From assembly GCA_902763185.1 (NCBI GenBank), contig CACWQT010000005.1:4248-68247 (forward strand): a DNA stretch of 64,000 bases. The letters run 5' to 3'. Source of the stretch: an uncultured Rhodospirillales bacterium. GTDB taxonomy: Bacteria > Pseudomonadota > Alphaproteobacteria > RF32 > CAG-239. The position numbers and the translations under genes are program-made. The notes under the pieces were generated by a model that saw nothing but the letters and a program-made list of their open reading frames with translations, was not told the origin of the DNA and did not search any database. Below, in pieces: positions 16,969 to 24,829 of the stretch; the stretch's first letter is position 1; the number at the start of each line of letters is the position of its first letter.

Positions 16969-18072
16969 TTATCTTTCTTTAGCCACAACAGGTGTCGGGG
17001 TGGCCAAAGAATCAGACTTTTGTCCATGATCTTTTTTAGATTCCTCTTTTTCTTTCTCTTTAAGTTTCTTTAAGATTTTTTCATCCTTAAAGCGCTCTAA
17101 AGCGACTTCAGCAAGAAATTTAGCATCTTTTTCACTCAAAGTTACACCTTCAGGACTCTTAAAGTTAGCCAAATCTGCAGCAAAAGTTTCTTTTTTAACC
17201 GCATCAATTGCTTGCGGAGAAATAGCCGGAGCTTGAGCATCTACAGTCGGCACGGCAGGTGTTGCAGCCTCTTTTCCATCCGGAGCCTTAACCCCTTTAC
17301 CCTCTAAGGAAGCCGATTGAGGAGCCAAAGAAACATCCGGTTTAGCATTGGATTTATTGACATTTTCAATGATACCGTTTGCTTGGTCAATTTTAGCATT
17401 AATTCCACGGAGTTTTTCAACGCCTGCAGTAACATCTACTAAAACATCTTTACCATTGGCATCTTGCACCTTCATCATCCAGCAAGCGCCTTGCTCTTTA
17501 ATATCCAAACCGCTTAATTTCAGTTTTTCAATTTTATCAAGCATTTGCTTATCTTTTTCAGCGGCAGTTTTAGGCTCTTTATCGTCTTTGCCTTTTTCAT
17601 CTTTTTTCTTTTTCTTATCTTCTTTTTCTTTTAATTTAGCCAAATCCTTATCATTCTTAGCGCTTTTATCTAGGGTATCTTTTTCTTTCTTAGCAATTTT
17701 ATTTAATCCATTTTTTTCTTTTTTGGCTTTTTTAGCTTCTTTAGCTGCTTTCTTAGCCGCTTTCTCGGCAACTTTTTCTGCCGCCTTTTCTTGCGCCGGC
17801 TTGTCTTTTACTCTTTTTAAGCGCTTGGCAACGCTACCACTTTTACCTTCATCACCTGCGGTTACTTCTTTCTTTTTGGCAACCAAAGCTCTTGCTTCTG
17901 CAAGTGCATTTGCAGGAGTTCTTTTTTCAGCAACAATATCCTTTTTGGGCAATTCAACTTTTTCATAAGCCTTTTTTAATGTCTCGGCAACAGTCTGAAT
18001 ATCAGCGCCGGAACTAATAACCTGAGCGACAGATTTGCCAATCTCTTTATTAGGATTCAATTCATTTGCCAT
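16969..18072 (-). CDS. Lys/Glu/Ala-rich low-complexity protein (367 aa), function unknown
   Basis: Long ORF with an RBS (GGAGAAAGACAATG on the minus strand) and a downstream hairpin gcggagc/gctccgc. The central part is a run of KKAAKEAKKAKKEK / KEKEDKKKKKDEKGKDDKE. Confidence 0.65.
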   Translation of the reverse strand: MANELNPNKEIGKSVAQVISSGADIQTVAETLKKAYEKVELPKKDIVAEKRTPANALAEARALVAKKKEVTAGDEGKSGSVAKRLKRVKDKPAQEKAAEKVAEKAAKKAAKEAKKAKKEKNGLNKIAKKEKDTLDKSAKNDKDLAKLKEKEDKKKKKDEKGKDDKEPKTAAEKDKQMLDKIEKLKLSGLDIKEQGACWMMKVQDANGKDVLVDVTAGVEKLRGINAKIDQANGIIENVNKSNAKPDVSLAPQSASLEGKGVKAPDGKEAATPAVPTVDAQAPAISPQAIDAVKKETFAADLANFKSPEGVTLSEKDAKFLAEVALERFKDEKILKKLKEKEKEESKKDHGQKSDSLATPTPVVAKER

Positions 18073-18180
18073 TGTCTTTCTCCTTGTTTTGGATCTTTCC
18101 TATAGTCTTATGATAACACAAAAAAAACGAACCTGCAAGATTTTTCGGAACACCTAATTCGGAAAGTTTTGTTACAATTT

Positions 18181-18528
18181 TTATTGCAAATGTCTCTCAA
18201 TCCACGTCATCAAAAGATTAACGATATATTCTTGCTCAGAGGGCGTTAGATCTCGTCCTTTAGGAATATGATGCCATTTTTCCAAGCACCCGCGACAACA
18301 ACAGGCGGTGGCATGCTGTGCCACAAATACCGGATGACCGCGCATCGGCGTTTGTTTGCCGTCATTCGAGATATTTGCCGGTGCAAGTCTTGTTGCCACA
18401 AAATCGCACGCATGCCGATAAATCACTTCTTTTCCTTTTTTCAGGGCATAATCTCGGTCTTTAGGAGAAAGCCTAAATTTGCTCCGAAACGGTGATTTTG
18501 CTAATCTTTGCCAAATATCTTCTGTCAT
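18181..18528 (-). CDS. DUF4186-family protein
   Basis: 'MRGHPVFVAQHATACCCRGCLEKWHHIPKGR.LT..E..YIV.L...WI' fits DUF4186 as I recall it. The start is set at MTEDIW (18528) because the longer track ORF runs into tRNA-Thr. Confidence 0.6.
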   Translation of the reverse strand: MTEDIWQRLAKSPFRSKFRLSPKDRDYALKKGKEVIYRHACDFVATRLAPANISNDGKQTPMRGHPVFVAQHATACCCRGCLEKWHHIPKGRDLTPSEQEYIVNLLMTWIERHLQ

Positions 18529-18540
18529 GTTATCGCTAAA

Positions 18541-18566
18541 AATAAAAGGCGACTTATGTCGCCTTA
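18541..18566 (-). terminator. Intrinsic terminator after tRNA-Thr
   Basis: aaggcgac / gtcgcctt stem with a 4-nt loop and a T-run on the minus strand. Confidence 0.6.
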
Positions 18567-18574
18567 ATAAAAAC

Positions 18575-18650
18575 TGGTGCCGACACACGGACTCGAACCG
18601 CGGACCCACTGATTACAAATCAGTAGCTCTACCAACTGAGCTATGTCGGC
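18575..18650 (-). tRNA. tRNA-Thr (anticodon UGU), CCA encoded
   Basis: The reverse complement gccgacatagctcagttggtagagctactgatttgtaatcagt...ggttcgagtcc...tgtcggcacca folds as a cloverleaf. The anticodon loop is ttTGTaa. Confidence 0.92.
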
Positions 18651-18663
18651 ATCAACAAAAGAG

Positions 18664-18692
18664 CTTATACAAGACACTTTTTTGATTGTCAA
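18664..18692 (-). promoter_or_regulatory. sigma70-like promoter of tRNA-Thr (TTGACA-N17-TATAAG)
   Basis: Reverse complement of 18687-18692 is TTGACA and of 18664-18669 is TATAAG. The tRNA-Lys promoter has the same -10 hexamer. Confidence 0.5.
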
Positions 18693-18783
18693 TAAATATT
18701 TGCAAAAAATTACCAAAGTGAAAATAACGCTTGCTTTTATAAATGAGATTATTAGTATCTAGGCATAAACAAAGGAGACTCAA

Positions 18784-19302
18784 ATGACACCAGAAGATAT
18801 TTTAGCTAACATTCGTAATATACCGGATTTCCCTAAAAAAGGAATTTTATTTAAAGATATCACAACGGCCCTTCAAAAACCTGAAGTTTATAATGCAATT
18901 ATAGAGAATTTATACAGTCTTATCAAAGATTTAGATATTGACTATATTGCGGCCATAGAGAGCCGTGGTTTTATCTTTGGTGCACCGTTGGCCTATAAAA
19001 TGGGGGTTGGGCTGGTGATTATCCGTAAACCGGGCAAATTGCCTGCTGATGTTTATCATGAAGAATACAGCTTGGAATATGGCACAGACTCATTGGAGAT
19101 GCATAAAGATGCCGTTAAAAAAGGCGATAATGTATTAGTTATAGATGATCTCTTAGCTACCGGAGGCACAGTTGCTGCCACTTGTCGTTTGGTCAAAAAA
19201 GCAGGTGCCAATGTAGTCGGCACGTTGTTTTTAATAGAATTAACTGAGCTCTCACAAAACGTCAAACTTCCCGCACCGGTTTACAGCCTACTTAAGTGCT
19301 GA
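18784..19302 (+). CDS. apt: Adenine phosphoribosyltransferase
   Basis: 'FPKKGILFKDIT', 'ESRGFIFG' and the PRPP motif 'VLVIDDLLATGGT'. Confidence 0.93.
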   Translation: MTPEDILANIRNIPDFPKKGILFKDITTALQKPEVYNAIIENLYSLIKDLDIDYIAAIESRGFIFGAPLAYKMGVGLVIIRKPGKLPADVYHEEYSLEYGTDSLEMHKDAVKKGDNVLVIDDLLATGGTVAATCRLVKKAGANVVGTLFLIELTELSQNVKLPAPVYSLLKC

Positions 19303-20040
19303 TTCTTCCCAATCGCATAAAAACAAGCAAATATCTTCGCCGGTTTCCGCATGTGTCAAAACATGTAGGGTTTGATTTTCACTTATCATCTGCACTTTAG
19401 AAATAAGCTTTTCGCCTAATTTAATTTCTTTCTTAAAAGCAATATCTAAAGTTTTCAATTGATGATATTTCTTAAAATCATAAGAGAGCGGTTCTAAAGC
19501 CCAAATGATATAATTACCGTTATTAGCATGTCTGTTGCCGTCAATATCATTATATCTTACCTCAAATTCTTTTTTGGCATCAACCTGCGTCATCGGTGGA
19601 ATTTTGCTAAAAGTTAAATCATTTTCTCCGGCTTCAAATTTGCGCATATAGGGGCTGTCAAAAGACGTCTCAACATTAACCAAGGTTTTTGTCCTAAAGT
19701 TTATTAAAGACCACAGAGTTGAGGCTTTTGCAATAAGCTTTTCGTTATCAGACATTTCAAAATTACGATAAGCAAATAACCGATGAAATCCGCGCGGTTC
19801 GGTCTTAAGCGTAAGTGTTTTAATATCAACCGGATAGTGCGTAAATTCAATGCGATATTTTAAGAGCACCCACATCAAATCTCTTGGGGTTGTAGCGGAT
19901 TCGCCAAAACCGCACTTCTCGGCATTATCAACGGCAATATCTTGAAAGAAATTCAAAATAGAAACCGGCTTTAAGCGCTTCCTAAAATCCAAATCGGAAT
20001 ATCTGATATTGATAGTTTCTTCTGAAACGGCAGTATCCAT
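19288..20040 (-). CDS. Acyl-ACP thioesterase family protein
   Basis: Double hot-dog pattern: 'IRYSDLDFRKRLKP...FQDIAV' and 'EVRYNDIDGNRHANNGNYIIWALE'. Its 3' end overlaps the apt 3' end by 15 nt (convergent genes). Confidence 0.7.
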   Translation of the reverse strand: MDTAVSEETINIRYSDLDFRKRLKPVSILNFFQDIAVDNAEKCGFGESATTPRDLMWVLLKYRIEFTHYPVDIKTLTLKTEPRGFHRLFAYRNFEMSDNEKLIAKASTLWSLINFRTKTLVNVETSFDSPYMRKFEAGENDLTFSKIPPMTQVDAKKEFEVRYNDIDGNRHANNGNYIIWALEPLSYDFKKYHQLKTLDIAFKKEIKLGEKLISKVQMISENQTLHVLTHAETGEDICLFLCDWEESALK

Positions 20041-20062
20041 TTTTATGCTCCATAATTTAAGT

Positions 20063-20926
20063 TTATTTCATCAAAATAATAGGTAGCGCAAATAAAAACG
20101 CCAAACAACCGAAAATAAGCTGATTTTTAACGGTTTGCTCTTTGTATTTTATTGCGGAAACAACCATTACAATCGGCGCCGCCATTCGTCTGAAAAAGGC
20201 CACAAACGAAACCGGCAAAATATTAACCGACGCACCGATAATAGTAATTTCCAATAAAGCCCCGACAATACCGGCCAAAGCCACCTCTTTGGTCGTAAAT
20301 ATCATTTTAAGTCGTTTATAGTTCAATCCAGTCAATAAAGTAAAGACAAACATTGTGGCATTGGAGATAACAAAGTATGTATACCGCCCGATACTGCTAA
20401 TCGCCGCATGGTCAATAATAGGGCAGGCGGCAGAAAAGAATGTGGCAATTCCAAAAGAAATCAGCCATTTGCGGCTCATCCGTTTAGCATCGCCCATAAA
20501 ACAAAATAAAGCCCCTAATAAGCCGAGCCCTAAGATTGAGACCAGATGAATAAGTGCCAGATTTTCATGGAAGAAGAGATTAATCGTAAGCGAAGCAATT
20601 GCTAATGAGATAAACGGGAAGAAAACGGTAGAAGATGTACTGTCGCGATTGATAAATTGTGCATAACGGAAGGCAAACCAAATAAAAAGACCTTTAACCA
20701 ATGTAAAAAATATCGCCACAGGATGATTGATAGCGATTGCTTTGATGTTTGTAAAATCTTGATACATAAAAGGCAAAGAAATAAAGATAACTACCATCAT
20801 CCACACGGAAGTAAAATCAGCGGCAAAGCGTGCCGGATATTTTTCGGCCAGTGGACGATATAAAAAGGGCTTGATAATCGATATCAACAGTAATGCTAAA
20901 ATTGTACCGTATTGTAAAAGTGTCAT
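20063..20926 (-). CDS. Polytopic membrane protein, possibly a DMT/EamA-like transporter
   Basis: 287 aa with about 10 predicted TM segments in two halves. No strong motif recognised. Confidence 0.4.
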   Translation of the reverse strand: MTLLQYGTILALLLISIIKPFLYRPLAEKYPARFAADFTSVWMMVVIFISLPFMYQDFTNIKAIAINHPVAIFFTLVKGLFIWFAFRYAQFINRDSTSSTVFFPFISLAIASLTINLFFHENLALIHLVSILGLGLLGALFCFMGDAKRMSRKWLISFGIATFFSAACPIIDHAAISSIGRYTYFVISNATMFVFTLLTGLNYKRLKMIFTTKEVALAGIVGALLEITIIGASVNILPVSFVAFFRRMAAPIVMVVSAIKYKEQTVKNQLIFGCLAFLFALPIILMK

Positions 20927-21028
20927 TTGATTTACCTCATTTTATCACACTATCACACATTCCTTACCATTTATTTAAAACTCTAAAGGACCTAGAAACA
21001 TTTCGTTTCTAAGTCCTTTGATAGTCAA

Positions 21029-21958
21029 TCAGATAACCTCCGTCTTGCCTTTGTTTTTAGCAAACATACGGCAGAAACAGGCCTGTTCCTTCAGCACAAA
21101 GCTGTAATTATAGGAGAGGAAGCCTCTATCCTCACACAGTGTCTTTGTCAACCAAATCAGATCTTTTGAAAAAATCAAGTCAACATTAACATTGTAGGCG
21201 GATAATTGAGCCAATGTATCATTGATGCTGTCTTTTTCTTTAGCAACATCATCAACATTTTCCTTTTCCGGCAAATCCACTCTGAGTTGCGGGGTGGAAA
21301 GCGACTGGCCTAATGCAAACCCTTTATCTACTGTCATCTTCTTTGGCTCATAGGTCAACTTCATACACAGGAATCTCTTACCGACATGAAGCCCCCACAG
21401 CTTGTCTGTGAGCTCCGGATGAAAATCTGGCGAGATTTTAAGCTGTCCGTCAATAAGATATGCCAACGGATAACCGACATCAATCGGCTTTTTCGTGGTA
21501 TAGCGGCTGACTAAGCGGGTATAGCCGTTAGACATTTCCTTCGGCTCAAATCCGATACGTCCTTTTCCCATATACATAACGGTTGCTTTATCACCGTCAT
21601 CCTCCGTTGACCAATAGGCCCCTTTGCGCCAAGGTTCAGCTTTGATGCCATGTGCATTTAAGATATCCACCGTTGCATTAAAATCCCACTGATACATACA
21701 TGCTACATCCAAAGCAGTCGTAGAGGGCATTGTCGCGCGGCTTAAAGTATCACCCAGCTCAATAGCTGAATCCCAATCACCATCTTCTTCATGGACAAGG
21801 CGAAACACCAGTCCGTGAATGGCGATACCCCAAATTTTACTTTTTAGCCTTATATCCACATAAGGGCGAAGCCAAAAGTAACCTTTAAGAGGGTCTCTGT
21901 AAGCGATAAGACACGGCGTATGCACCGGAATTATCCTTCTTGTCTCTTTTGTTTCCAT
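21029..21958 (-). CDS. Hypothetical protein (309 aa) with two similar modules
   Basis: Clean ORF transcribed divergently from the amidoligase operon. The two halves share a pattern (IWGIAIHGLVF...MPSTT...YWSTEDDGDKATVMY versus LWGLHVGKRF...LPEKE...IWLTKTLCEDRGFLSY) that loosely recalls DUF1566/Lcl-like modules. No signal peptide. Confidence 0.55.
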   Translation of the reverse strand: METKETRRIIPVHTPCLIAYRDPLKGYFWLRPYVDIRLKSKIWGIAIHGLVFRLVHEEDGDWDSAIELGDTLSRATMPSTTALDVACMYQWDFNATVDILNAHGIKAEPWRKGAYWSTEDDGDKATVMYMGKGRIGFEPKEMSNGYTRLVSRYTTKKPIDVGYPLAYLIDGQLKISPDFHPELTDKLWGLHVGKRFLCMKLTYEPKKMTVDKGFALGQSLSTPQLRVDLPEKENVDDVAKEKDSINDTLAQLSAYNVNVDLIFSKDLIWLTKTLCEDRGFLSYNYSFVLKEQACFCRMFAKNKGKTEVI

Positions 21959-22052
21959 ATCCGTAGGTTTATAATAATTTGATTTTGTCTAAATAGTAAT
22001 ATAAATATATTTTTTGTCAAGAAAACAATTTATATCTATAAATTTAATCCTC

Positions 22053-22081
22053 TTGACAATTATAAAAAAATAAAATAACAT
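22053..22081 (+). promoter_or_regulatory. sigma70-like promoter (TTGACA-N17-TAACAT) of the sORF-amidoligase operon
   Basis: TTGACA at 22053-22058, a 17-nt A/T spacer, then TAACAT at 22076-22081. Confidence 0.45.
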
Positions 22082-22118
22082 CCCCCTTAGTTTTGTGAAA
22101 ATTTTAGGGAAAGTCTTT

Positions 22119-22238
22119 ATGACAACCGCAATGAGCATATATTTATTTAAGCTCGCTTTAAGACGCAAAGGTCTTAAAGGTGCGTTGTCTGTACTTATTC
22201 TCCCCCTCATTTTGATTGCTCTCCTTATTAGCTGCTAA
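22119..22238 (+). CDS. Candidate small ORF (39 aa, MTTAMSIYLFKLALRRKGLKGALSVLILPLILIALLISC)
   Basis: ATG at 22119 lies about 38 nt after the -10 hexamer, preceded by a weak AGGGA about 9 nt upstream. The peptide has a basic centre, a C-terminal hydrophobic helix and a terminal Cys. The stop TAA at 22236-22238 abuts a bipartite hairpin. This ORF is below the length threshold of the track. Confidence 0.35.
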   Translation: MTTAMSIYLFKLALRRKGLKGALSVLILPLILIALLISC

Positions 22239-22280
22239 CTCTAAGTGCTTTAACCTTGCTTAAAGCCCGAACACTTAGAG
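22239..22280 (+). promoter_or_regulatory. Bipartite hairpin between the sORF and the amidoligase gene (no T-run; possible processing or attenuation element)
   Basis: Outer stem ctctaagtg(22239-22247)/cacttagag(22272-22280) and inner stem gctttaa(22247-22253)/ttaaagc(22260-22266). Confidence 0.5.
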
Positions 22281-22344
22281 AGATTTGCTTGAGGGCTTTA
22301 AGAAATCAACAGAAAACAGCACAAATTTTAATGAGGGAACAACA

Positions 22345-24051
22345 ATGAAAAAATCACAATCATCAGACGAAAGTGCGAGCGTGCCAAGCGTCAATAATGT
22401 CAAATCAGCATTTAATGAATATTTTTCCACTACCGGACACAAAAATTTCAAACAATTTTACTATGATTGGCACATTAACGCCATGATAGAGCCGTTTGCT
22501 GAGTTAACCACCTATTTCACGCGCAAATATCCGGAAAATACCGCCGAACATTTTGATATGTTCGTTAAAGATTATGCGCAAAGCGTTGAAAATTATAATT
22601 TGGATTGCGAACGCTTCTGTTCGGTAAAACAGGGCATTGTTGATAAAGATAAAGAGCTTTCTAAAATTATTGATAAAATAGAAACATTTAGCTTTGAACT
22701 CCGTCAATTTGCTTACAGTTTTGCCTCAACTGAGGATTATAAAAAGGAATTTGGGGCTTGGGTATATAAGCCCAATTACCCTTATGCTCATTTACATGGT
22801 TTGTCTGTTTCTGTTGATATCTTAAATATGCTCTCAAGAAATTTTTATGCTTTGGAAAACAAAAACACTGCGGAAGATACCCGCTATTTAACGGATAACT
22901 ATCTTCGCACGGTTATTGCGCCTGAGTATCGGTATAATAACCAATATACTTATGCCGTGCGCCAAGATATGATAAATGAGATGGTTACAATGCGCAACCA
23001 AATGGCAGAAGAATACCAAGCCGGAAAATACCAAAATAAAATCGATATGTTTCAAGTGGAAACCGGTAAAAAAGCGCATTTCGGCACATATCGTCCCAAT
23101 GGTTTTGAGCTGGAGTTTTATGTGCCGGAAGAATTTGGCGATTATGCCAAGTTAATAGATTACTTAAAGGAAAAACACGGTTGGAAGCGTGTCTATACCA
23201 CAAGCAAAAATCCCGAAGTTTATAAAGATGGAGAAGCCGCTGGCGTGATAGAGCGCGATGAAAGTTTAGCCGCCATGTCAGGGTTGGCACCGGTCGAATA
23301 CGCCTCACGGATTATGAAATCCCAAAAGGACGAACAAGAATGTCTCAAAATTATGGATTCGTTTGACAAAGGTTATGCCAACGTGCATTGTTCGCTTCAT
23401 CAACACGTTTCTGCCGCAGGGTTTGATTTGCCGATTTATAAGCGCTTAGTTAAGCGTATGATGCAACACGAAGCCTATATTGTTGAGAATTTTGCCGCAC
23501 CCGAGCGTCGCGATAATAAACTTCTTTATGCAACCTACATCAGCCGCAATTTAAGCTCGGACGGTGCGCGTGATTACCCCTTTTTATGCGTTATGGTAGA
23601 TATGTGTGAAAACCTAAATGAATTAAGAGATATGGTCGGATTCGGACATAAATACAAAACCTTAAACATCATGCCCGATAAAACGGTTGAGTTTCGCTAT
23701 ATGAACGCCAACTTTAACCATCAATATGTGGCGGCATTCTTGCAGTTTAATCGTGATTTTGTAAATAGTGCCGTCAATAATGAGGGGACACATATCAATC
23801 GCCCTCTTGCCAACCGATTTAATTGGATGCAAAATCTGACAGAGGATGACAAAACGGTTCTGCGTCAGTTAAGTTACTACTATCAAAAGCCTTATGACCA
23901 GTTCCGCCCCGATAATACGGTTGATGCGCATACGATTTATGAAGAAAATGTCTATGCGCGCCATATTGCCGAGGCAATGAGTCATACCAATAAATTCGGT
24001 TACTACAACAGTTGGTTTAATAAGAGGGTAAGAGATGCCAGACGAGCCTAA
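22345..24051 (+). CDS. Amidoligase (glutamine-synthetase-fold COOH-NH2 ligase, Amidoligase_2-like) with an unknown N-terminal region of about 270 aa
   Basis: The C-terminal module has the ordered motifs 'GFELEFYVPEE', 'VIERDESL...PVEYASRI', 'CSLHQHVS', 'APERRDN' and 'KTVEFRYMNANF'. The start at MKKSQS (22345) follows GAGGGA; the track ORF begins at TTG 22285. Confidence 0.65.
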   Translation: MKKSQSSDESASVPSVNNVKSAFNEYFSTTGHKNFKQFYYDWHINAMIEPFAELTTYFTRKYPENTAEHFDMFVKDYAQSVENYNLDCERFCSVKQGIVDKDKELSKIIDKIETFSFELRQFAYSFASTEDYKKEFGAWVYKPNYPYAHLHGLSVSVDILNMLSRNFYALENKNTAEDTRYLTDNYLRTVIAPEYRYNNQYTYAVRQDMINEMVTMRNQMAEEYQAGKYQNKIDMFQVETGKKAHFGTYRPNGFELEFYVPEEFGDYAKLIDYLKEKHGWKRVYTTSKNPEVYKDGEAAGVIERDESLAAMSGLAPVEYASRIMKSQKDEQECLKIMDSFDKGYANVHCSLHQHVSAAGFDLPIYKRLVKRMMQHEAYIVENFAAPERRDNKLLYATYISRNLSSDGARDYPFLCVMVDMCENLNELRDMVGFGHKYKTLNIMPDKTVEFRYMNANFNHQYVAAFLQFNRDFVNSAVNNEGTHINRPLANRFNWMQNLTEDDKTVLRQLSYYYQKPYDQFRPDNTVDAHTIYEENVYARHIAEAMSHTNKFGYYNSWFNKRVRDARRA

Positions 24052-24772
24052 AGTATATGAAGTCTTAAACAAAGAGAGCTTAAATCCGCTGATTTTAACG
24101 TGCGAACACGCTTCGGCCATAATTCCTTCAAGCTATCATAATCTGGGGGTAAAGGAAGATTTGCTTGATACCCATATCGCACGCGATAAGGGGTGTAAAG
24201 AGTTGACCGCAAAATTGTCGGAAAAACTGAATTGCACCGCGTTTATAGCCGGCTATTCCCGACTTTTTATTGACTATAATCGCCGCGAAAACGAGGATAG
24301 TCTTATTTTAAGCGAAAGCGATAAAGTTCTTATTCCGGGTAATCTTAATCTGACCGATAAAGAACGCCAATTCCGCATAGAAAACTATCATCGCCCGTAT
24401 TATACCGCGATTTTACAAAAGATTAAAGCACTTCAGCAACAGGGCATCACCCCAAAGATTTTTTCTATTCACGGTTTTACGCCACAGCTTAGGGGCGGTA
24501 ATTATCGCCCATGGCACGCAGGTGTTTTGTATGTCAAAGAAAATCCTTTGGCATTAGAGCTACTTAACGGCTTAAAGCGCTATTCGGAGTTAAAAACCGA
24601 TGCCAATGTGCCTTATGATTTGCGCCAATACAATACCGGTGCATCGGCAATCTGCGGCGAAGATATTGGGCTTCAAAACGCTGTCATAGAAATCCGCGAT
24701 ACCGAGTTTGATGACATTTCTCGCGGTGCCGATAAATGGACGAATATCTTAGCGGATATCTTGGAAAAATAA
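24035..24772 (+). CDS. N-formylglutamate amidohydrolase (FGase/HutG-like) family hydrolase
   Basis: 'LILTCEHASAIIPSSY', 'DTHIARDKG', 'YSRLFIDYNR', 'ENYHRPYY' and 'IFSIHGFTPQLRG' follow the FGase family order. It overlaps the amidoligase 3' end by 17 nt. Confidence 0.7.
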   Translation: MPDEPKVYEVLNKESLNPLILTCEHASAIIPSSYHNLGVKEDLLDTHIARDKGCKELTAKLSEKLNCTAFIAGYSRLFIDYNRRENEDSLILSESDKVLIPGNLNLTDKERQFRIENYHRPYYTAILQKIKALQQQGITPKIFSIHGFTPQLRGGNYRPWHAGVLYVKENPLALELLNGLKRYSELKTDANVPYDLRQYNTGASAICGEDIGLQNAVIEIRDTEFDDISRGADKWTNILADILEK

Positions 24773-24829
24773 TCCCTTTACAAGCCCACAAAATTGTGGT
24801 ATTCTATAAGTGTTAAAAATCATACGATT

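Noticed and set aside
17348-17968. 206-aa plus-strand ORF opposite the K/E-rich gene
   Set aside because: It is a mirror image of a GAA/AAG/GCN-rich low-complexity gene and translates to an F/S/L-rich sequence. It has no start context. The minus-strand gene has an RBS and a terminator.
18479-18685. 68-aa plus-strand ORF, and the N-terminal extension (18529-18609) of the DUF4186 track ORF
   Set aside because: Both overlap tRNA-Thr and its terminator. The DUF4186 gene most plausibly starts at MTEDIW (18528).
21989-22210. 73-aa minus-strand ORF in the divergent control region
   Set aside because: It crosses the plus-strand promoter, has no RBS and ends in the AT-rich spacer. The plus-strand 39-codon sORF fits the promoter geometry better, although that sORF is itself unproven.
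23836-23850. 13-nt identity (cagaggatgacaa) between the right arm of the 7299-7410 palindromic element and a site inside the amidoligase gene
   Set aside because: Only one arm fragment matches. It lies in frame within conserved-looking coding sequence (NLTEDDKTV), and there is no inverted partner nearby. Most likely coincidence, although a genome-wide repeat search would settle it.
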